A program made the position numbers and the translations under genes. 64,000 nucleotides of DNA from assembly GCA_002811645.1 (NCBI GenBank), contig PDIP01000038.1:59129-123128 (forward strand), given 5' to 3'. This DNA is from Corallochytrium limacisporum Hawaii. Lineage: Eukaryota; Protista; Pluriformea. The notes beneath the pieces were generated by a model. That model was not told the DNA's origin. It made no database searches and saw only the letters and a program-made list of their open reading frames with translations. Positions 53,501 to 61,090 of this stretch are shown piece by piece; position 1 is the stretch's first letter; each line of letters opens with the position of its first letter.

Positions 53501-56232
53501 GATGCACTACGCAGTATTTCCAACTGTGCGCGGACATTCTGGCCAATACGCATCAGATCATCAGCAAATGTGCGATAGGAAATAATGGCCGCGCTGAGTC
53601 TGCGACTGTGCTCTGTCACTGTCTTCAAGTTGTTCTCCCATTTGAGACTCATGCCATCACTGATCACGCTGCGCACAGACTTCTGTTCCGTCAACAGGAG
53701 TCGCCGCAAATCCAGGCGGAACAAATCGGGAGATTTGCTGTTCGGACCCATATCGAGAGCATCCAATTGAGCAGCAGTACTGCTGTACGCGTGAAGGCTC
53801 TCCTTCATGATTGTTGCCTGTGGAAGGATGAGTTTCATCTTTTCCGCAGCCTGCACGACAACAAAACTGATAGTGAAGCCGAGAGGAACCAGATATTTGT
53901 ACTCTTGATAAACGTTGACCCGTTCCCTATCCACATTAATTCCCAGGGAATATGAAGTCTCAGTACTTGCTCCCTTGCGACGACGGTGTTCCATCAATGA
54001 GTAGACGGGGCCCCTCAAAGAGAGGTCTTTCTGTTTCGCTGCTTTCAGCCAATCGTCAAAGAAAGCCTGGGGGTCCAGACGACTAAGCAGTAAGTCTGCC
54101 TGCTCATAGATGGCCTTGCCCTCGATATGATTCTCCCATCCCTCGCCGAGAACCATCCGCATACGGCGTTTGTAAAGTTCCACACGATTGCGCAGCTGGT
54201 TGGCCCAGATAATGGCACCAGCAATGCCTGGAATGTCACGCATTTCACTTGTTCTTGCAGCATCGCTGGTCGCATACTGCCTCTGGAACCGCTGCTGGAG
54301 CCGCTGTAAATCCTGTTGCGTGCGCTCGACGAGCATGGTCTGGTATCGCCGGACACTCTGGCGAATACGTGGCCGATCAAAAAGCATGCTAAAGCGATTG
54401 AAGGTTTCAAACATATCCTGGGAGCTCACTGCCGAATTCAGCAATCGCTGCAGAATTACAATGAGCTCTGCCTCCACAAGTCCTACTTGTTCATCGTAAC
54501 GAGCAAGAGCGTTGGCCCAGCTTTCAGAACCCGACTCTGTCAAGTCAAATTCTTGAGCTACTCGAGCCACATCCGCAAACGCATCGCTCAGGACTGCCCC
54601 TACCTCTTGACCTTTGTCTTTGCCGTGATTCTCCTCCTTAAGGTTGGCTGCTAGGGCTGAATTCTCGTCGTTTCCACCGACTTCGTCTGTGTTCAAATGT
54701 TCAAGTACCCTTTGAAGCTGTTGATGCCGGTCCTTGAATTGCGTGATTGACGTGACACGCTGCCGTAAAACCTCAGCTTCCTGACATAGCATATTGTTCA
54801 CGGTCGGTAACGTTCCGAGACGCATCGCAGCACCCTTGTCTACCGTTCCGGATTCCTTCAGCACCTTTGACAAAGCCAGAAGTTGAGTGCGAACATTCTT
54901 CATCAAAGATAAGAAGCCCACCAGAGCCTCGCTTGAGCTGTCGTTCACTGCACCTTTCTCAGAAGTAATGGCCAATACATTACTTCGACGCAAAATGTGT
55001 TGAGCTCTTTCAACAACGTCCCGGGTCAAGTTTCGAGTGAACAGAACACAGCGATCACTGGGATAGGAGGATCCACGCATCCTAGACTCAAGGTGTCCAA
55101 AACAAGCTTCTTCTGCCTCTCGCAGTGTATCCATGGTGTCAGCAGCCAACAGATTTTGGATAGGAAAATCTCTCATCACCGCTGCGTAATCCTTTACCTT
55201 GCCCAATGTCTCATCTAGGCGCCTTATTTCCTCTTGGAAGTTTGTTGAGGTCATGCGGCCTTTGAAGTTACCACTATCCGCCAGAAGATTCAACATCGCA
55301 CCCACAGCGGAGTTGGGACTGCTGATACGATCCTTTACGCTTTGCAAGGCAGTTTCCATTGTAGTCCAGAGCTGAATCTCCTGAATGGCAGTGCTAGTGG
55401 CCGGATCCCGATCATGGGATACTAACGTCCTGATCTCCTGCGCCCAGTCGCTTACTTGTCGGGCCAAAAGCTCTATTAGAGCATCGTCACTGTCATCCAG
55501 TCTGGTTGCTATATTGGTTTTCACTGCACTTGCATCAAATTCAATACCAGCAAGTCCTGCGAAACGACTGAGCAGCGTCGCAGACGGTTTGAGTGTAACA
55601 TGGGGCACCGACACCTCATCCTGCATGTGACTTAGCAGTAAATCAAGTTCCGCTAACCTTTTTCGCAGAGCCATCAGAGACTTCCGCGTGTTCTCATCAC
55701 TAGCGTCACCGCTATCCTTTCCACGAGTCTCGTCTTCCAGGGCGCCACTGACCGCCGGATGTCCATCAATATACGCGGTAAATAGAGGAGCAATAGCTCG
55801 ATGTAACGTCGCCTGCAAGCTGTTCAAAGGCCGGCCACCCGCGAACGTCATCACATCCACCTGTGGAGCGACACCGCCCATGTTGGCCAATAAACCCGAA
55901 GTATTGCGACGCACAAGAACAACTAGAAGGTCATTGCTGATCTGCCCAGCCCGCTTGGATTTGCCTACAATCGCACCGCTGATGTCATCGCTGAGGAACA
56001 AATTTGATTTGTTGTCATATCCGACAGCTAAAGCCCCTGTTGTCGGGTCGGTTGCGAAACTTTGGAGCCTGCGCTTGGACTCGTCCCGGCCAAGTAGTTC
56101 TGACACTGCGTCCTTGGGACACCCGAGCATATATGGTAGGCATCCGACCAAATACACCTCAACGTCAGCGGCCGTAGGAGCGGTCGCTGGAGTTGTGGCA
56201 CCTCCGTTCTGTTCCATATTGTACAATGTCAT
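41515..56232 (-). CDS. DYNC1H1: Cytoplasmic dynein-1 heavy chain (intronless, 4905 aa)
   Basis: Four P-loops ([32 protein letters not shown]). Cytoplasmic-dynein-type sequences [33 protein letters not shown] and [14 protein letters not shown]; stalk region KASRACGPL; full C-terminal domain retained. Confidence 0.97.
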   Translation of the reverse strand: [4905 protein letters not shown]

Positions 56233-56854
56233 GCTTTCCTATTTGCACATCATATTCCTCTTGCTGATCGTACACAACACAAAGAGAAGAGATGCCAACT
56301 TAGTCAAATGTGTACTGCACACTGCGATAGGGGCGGCGCGTCCTCATTCAAAAGTACCTGATCTTGTCGGTTTGTGTAAGATTTTACATGGAAGAGAAGA
56401 CTGTAAACTCTTGTCATCTTCATGATCTTGCACCATTCCATTCAGCAAACAGCGTTCATGTTTCCTGGTTTACGCGCTTGGGGTGTACGCTGTGATGTTG
56501 TCTAGTACTATCCCCACGCGATTGCTGGGTACTCTGCCCAGCGACCCGAAAAGCCAAAACAACGGTCCCAGCGTCCGAGGTCCCGGGGCCTGAAAACTCG
56601 GGAGTCAAGAGGGTCTCACCCTGAGGGTCATCGTCGAACAAAATTTGGCGCGAGAATTTCGAAAGCTTGAAAATAGGCCCCAGGAAAATTCGGGGTTCTA
56701 CATTTTTCACTTCTTACCAAAAGGAGGAGGAGGGGGGCTTCAGCGGGGGCGGCAAGTTCACGTCGCAAGCAACATATTGCCACTGTATTTCTACGAGTCG
56801 TTAGGCTTGTACGTATGATGATAATAGAGTAAAACATTTATGAACTGAGAATAT

Positions 56855-59800
56855 TTACATTTCAGCAGTATCCAGCTGCTTTTGGATCTCTTCAGCGCTA
56901 ACATAAGGCGCTGCATTCGTCAAAAACGAAATGCGTCCCTTCAGACTTTCAGGTAGTACCTGGAAAATGATCTCCGGTTCGTCGATGCCCTTCATTTTGT
57001 AGGCACCCAGCAGACTAATGGTGATGTTCTCCAATTTCTCGGCCGGCAACACGTCCTGAATCTCTTGCAGTGTGCGGCGGCTGAGCACGACCTGACCTCC
57101 GTCGGCAACGCCAGAAATACGCGCACTCCGGTTAACCATAGGACCGTAGTAATCCATTCGGCCTGTTGTCGGATCCCGTTCGCAGTCAGGACGCCCAGAG
57201 TGGATGCCCATGCGCACCAACAGACCGTTGATCACCTTGTTACCCTTATCATCGCTCTTGTTGCACTCCTCTAGGTTGAGCAGAGCCTGCGGCCATGCCA
57301 TTTCCATGAGATGCCGTTGGCAGTCCATGCACCATAGAAGTGCATTAACGGGGGAGCTAAAGGCCACCATAAATGCATCACCCTCGGTCTTGACTTCGTA
57401 GCCATGTCGGTACAATAGAATCTTGCGCATAAGCTCGTGGTGCATGCGAACTGCAGATCGCATGGCTGTCTCTTGGGTTTCCCAAAGCAAGGTGGAGTTC
57501 TTAATATCGGTGAAAACCAGTGTGACGTCTCCAGTAGGAGGTTCCACATTGGCGCCCGTCAGAATTGCCTTCTCAAGGGCCTCCGGGCCCTCCTTTATTT
57601 CCAGCAGACTCCACACTTTACGCATTTCCTGAACGCTGGACATGCTGATTTGGCCCTTCTTGGTCCTTGCCGTGACCTTTGGGGGATAAATGACAGTAAC
57701 GGCAATGTTGCCCTTGCCTTTGTATAACATGACGTAATCCCGGATCTTGCGGCTGGCAGCGTGGGGATTGGGTGCACTGCGGACCATGCAGCACACCATT
57801 TTCGGGGTCACCACCTCCCAAACAGCACTGTTGGCAATGATGATTACCTCATCGCTATTGTTCAAGGTCACGGTGGATGAGGTGCCTTTGGCACTTATGT
57901 AGGGTTTAGAGAACAACCCTAGAGCCCGTGAGAGCGGGCCACGGTCATCACCGGGACTCTCTGGAGGCTCTGCCCCAAAGCAACCCAACCTCTTTCGTTC
58001 TTTAGGTGTGGTTGTGGTGTGGTCTTGGGTCAACACGACGGGCTGTCCTGCACGGCAGAGGACTACCTTTGCGGTGCCCAAATTACAGACGTGCAGCTTG
58101 TTCCTGTGAATGTAGACGCCAGCTGCCATGGCACCGCACCGATAGGACGCCTGGTCCAGTCCCGCAATCTGCCTATTGATGGCCAGGAACGTACTGACGA
58201 GAGTATGTGCAGGGTCATCCTGGTTACGGTCGACCTCGTTCATAAATACCTTATGGAAAATACCGGCGGCCTTGGCAGCACACGCATCGCCGTTGATACC
58301 CTCAAAAAGAACATATGCAGCATCACAGGGAGCAGTCGGGAGGGCTTCGAGAACCACCGGTCGCGCGCAGATCAGTTCCGGCACTGCAGACAAAAGTGTG
58401 GTCCCCGAACGACCTGAATAGGCGGGCATTTCCTCCGTAAATTCCTCCTGAACTTCCTCCTGTATCACGGTCAAGGCTGGTAATTCCTCTTCCCCTCCGC
58501 AGGGGACAGATGTGACCGTACCACATGGTGGAATCACTTGCATTGTATCCGGATAGATTATTGGCTTTCCCAGATGTACATTGCCGCTCAAATCAATAAT
58601 CCGAAGGGTGGGCGACTCCTGCCAGCAGTAGGCGCCTAAAGCGGAATCCAAGTACTCGGGGGCAATCTTCGGTGATCCCTTCGGCAATGCGATCTGGATT
58701 TGGCGCTGGTGACGAGTGGAAAAGACGTTGTTCGCCACATCGAGGATCTGCAAACGATTCAAACCTTCCATCTCTCGTGGAAGCGACATCAAATGATTGT
58801 CACCAACAAAGAAGGCTTCCAGGCGTTGTAAGTGAAGGATATCTGAAGAAATGTCTGCGAGGTTGCATCCAGCACACCAGAAACGCTGCAGATTGGTTAG
58901 ATGCATCAATGGACCAATGTCGTTTACAGCATTGTTGCTGATGTTAAGACACCTCAGAGACCGAATCCTGCCAATTGTATACAGTGCCTCTGGAGACAGG
59001 CGGTTATCACCCAGGTAAAGTTCCTCGAGAAAACAGTTTCCAAAATCGCCCTCAGAATAGTCTTGACTGTCAGGGGATTCGGATGGCGTATTTTTACTCT
59101 GCTCCTGGCTGCGACAGCGAACTGGCTTGACCCGCCTCTTCATTCTCCTGTACAGGAACTTTGATGGAGACGAAGAGCGTCTGAACTTCTTGCGCTCAGT
59201 GGATTGATCCGTCTCAGTGATGCTGTGCTCTGGCACACTCGGCAAACCACTACGGTCACCATGCTTGGCCAGTTGTGGTACGGATTGGATATAATTTGAA
59301 CCAGCCTGTAGCACCCGCAGAGAGGCCATGCGGAAAATGTCATCGGGCAGGCAGGTCAGGAAGTTCATCTGCACGTTGAGCACCCGGAGGGCGGACATTC
59401 TTGCAATGTCGATTGGAAGAGAGAATAGGTTATTGCGAGCGGCACTAAACCATTGAAGCGAATCCAATTGGCAAATATCCTTTGGCAGGGAGTTGAGTTG
59501 ATTGTGTTCTACGTTCAACATTTGTAGAGCATACAAGTTTCCAATTTCAGCTGGCAAGGTCAGCAAGTTGTTGCGACTGATGTCTAACACTGTCAGATTG
59601 GCCCAATTTTGATACTCGTCGATGCTCAGCGATGTGATATTGTTTCGTCCTATCGTAATCTCGTACGCAGTTGACGGTCCCAACTCATAGGAGCCGATTG
59701 CGTTCTCCTGGAAGCTAACCATTTCCAGTCCATGAGTATGATTTACTTGCGGCAAGCGATCCACTCGATTCTTGGCGATCGTGAGAATCTTAAGCGAGGG

Positions 59801-61090
59801 TTGCTCCAAGATGTCATGCGGAAGATGCTCAATAACATTTCGGCTGAGATCTAGGTATTCCAGGTTTGGAAGTTTCTTACCCAACCCGGGTTCGGCGTTC
59901 TCAATGAAGTTTGCTGACAGATTGACATGCCGCAATTGCTTCAGACCCAAGACTTGCTGTGGAATTTGCACGAATTTGTTTTGGCTCAGATCAAGTGTAG
60001 TCAAGGACTGCAGCGAGGTAAAACTGGCAGGTAACTCTTTTAGACGATTTTCACTAAGGTCCAGATGCACCAAATTCTCCAAAATGGATAGCCACTGGCT
60101 AGGAACACTGTAGAGGAGATTTGCACGAGCGAGTAAGACGCCTACTTCCGCAACTTCCTGGAGGAATTGGGCTTTGAATGCCTTATCCTTCAGTGCCTGT
60201 CCCAGGAACAACCCTGAAAGGTCCAATAGTTTCAATTGCGAGCCCCTGGATGAATTACTTCCGTTGGCGTAGATGTTCGGATTCTCGACCATGACGTGGG
60301 CCGGAATCTTACCATTTTCAACCATAGCTAACGCGGGAGTGACTGTGTCGCTGGCCTGTGCCCGCTTGGCGAGCACAAACTGAAAGAATTTGTTGTACTC
60401 GTTACCCTTTTGAATACTCACGTTGTCCTCCTCTGTATAGCCCATGTCGGCCAACCATTCAATCTGCAGTGCCAAAGGATTCTCTTCTTCTTCAAGCAGA
60501 CGCTCCACGCCGTAGCGCCTGACCCAAAGATTGTACTCATCCCACTCCTTTGAATCCAACTTGAACTTCTTGCATGCGCGCCCAACAACATCGGCGGTCA
60601 GCATGGTTAAATCGACCTCAATGGTCTTGAAGCTTGCAAATGACTCACTTCGAAGGTAAATCCGCATAGTGCTCTTCTGCTGCAAGAAGCGGAACGCGAG
60701 ATCGTCAACAGTTGAACTCCCACATCTCTCTGCTACTCCATTCTTCTCCAGTTTCCTGCGAAGGTACAGTACATTCCGAGGTTGTCGCAGACCCAGCTGC
60801 GTGTCCCGTGTCATACTGAAGGGATTCGGGATTTCTGAGACGTTACCGGAGCGCATCCATCGGGATTGGTCGTCGTCTGTGTCCTTTGTGTTTGTGGTTG
60901 TTGCTGAATCGCGTTGATAAGACTTTAGCTCTTCATACCTCATGCTGACACTATGTTTCACCAGGTGCAAGGCACCCAACTGCCCGACTTGCATGCTGCT
61001 TCCATTCCTCAGACATGCGTACCAGCTCAGCCGCCTCAGAATCAAGGAGTCCGTGACCTCGTCGGTCTGACTGGCTTCGAGGGGAACCAT
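56855..61090 (-). CDS. CYR1: Fungal-type (Cyr1-like) adenylate cyclase: Ras-association, LRRs, PP2C-like, class III cyclase
   Basis: RA domain (MRIY...EENPLALQIEWLADMGYTEED), many LxxLxLxxNxL repeats and a PP2C-like fold (LHVCNLG...LTQDH...LSRALG). Cyclase motifs LVFTDIKNST, YEVKTEGDAFMV, RMGIHSG and MDYYGPMVNRSARI. Confidence 0.95.
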   Translation of the reverse strand: MVPLEASQTDEVTDSLILRRLSWYACLRNGSSMQVGQLGALHLVKHSVSMRYEELKSYQRDSATTTNTKDTDDDQSRWMRSGNVSEIPNPFSMTRDTQLGLRQPRNVLYLRRKLEKNGVAERCGSSTVDDLAFRFLQQKSTMRIYLRSESFASFKTIEVDLTMLTADVVGRACKKFKLDSKEWDEYNLWVRRYGVERLLEEEENPLALQIEWLADMGYTEEDNVSIQKGNEYNKFFQFVLAKRAQASDTVTPALAMVENGKIPAHVMVENPNIYANGSNSSRGSQLKLLDLSGLFLGQALKDKAFKAQFLQEVAEVGVLLARANLLYSVPSQWLSILENLVHLDLSENRLKELPASFTSLQSLTTLDLSQNKFVQIPQQVLGLKQLRHVNLSANFIENAEPGLGKKLPNLEYLDLSRNVIEHLPHDILEQPSLKILTIAKNRVDRLPQVNHTHGLEMVSFQENAIGSYELGPSTAYEITIGRNNITSLSIDEYQNWANLTVLDISRNNLLTLPAEIGNLYALQMLNVEHNQLNSLPKDICQLDSLQWFSAARNNLFSLPIDIARMSALRVLNVQMNFLTCLPDDIFRMASLRVLQAGSNYIQSVPQLAKHGDRSGLPSVPEHSITETDQSTERKKFRRSSSPSKFLYRRMKRRVKPVRCRSQEQSKNTPSESPDSQDYSEGDFGNCFLEELYLGDNRLSPEALYTIGRIRSLRCLNISNNAVNDIGPLMHLTNLQRFWCAGCNLADISSDILHLQRLEAFFVGDNHLMSLPREMEGLNRLQILDVANNVFSTRHQRQIQIALPKGSPKIAPEYLDSALGAYCWQESPTLRIIDLSGNVHLGKPIIYPDTMQVIPPCGTVTSVPCGGEEELPALTVIQEEVQEEFTEEMPAYSGRSGTTLLSAVPELICARPVVLEALPTAPCDAAYVLFEGINGDACAAKAAGIFHKVFMNEVDRNQDDPAHTLVSTFLAINRQIAGLDQASYRCGAMAAGVYIHRNKLHVCNLGTAKVVLCRAGQPVVLTQDHTTTTPKERKRLGCFGAEPPESPGDDRGPLSRALGLFSKPYISAKGTSSTVTLNNSDEVIIIANSAVWEVVTPKMVCCMVRSAPNPHAASRKIRDYVMLYKGKGNIAVTVIYPPKVTARTKKGQISMSSVQEMRKVWSLLEIKEGPEALEKAILTGANVEPPTGDVTLVFTDIKNSTLLWETQETAMRSAVRMHHELMRKILLYRHGYEVKTEGDAFMVAFSSPVNALLWCMDCQRHLMEMAWPQALLNLEECNKSDDKGNKVINGLLVRMGIHSGRPDCERDPTTGRMDYYGPMVNRSARISGVADGGQVVLSRRTLQEIQDVLPAEKLENITISLLGAYKMKGIDEPEIIFQVLPESLKGRISFLTNAAPYVSAEEIQKQLDTAEM

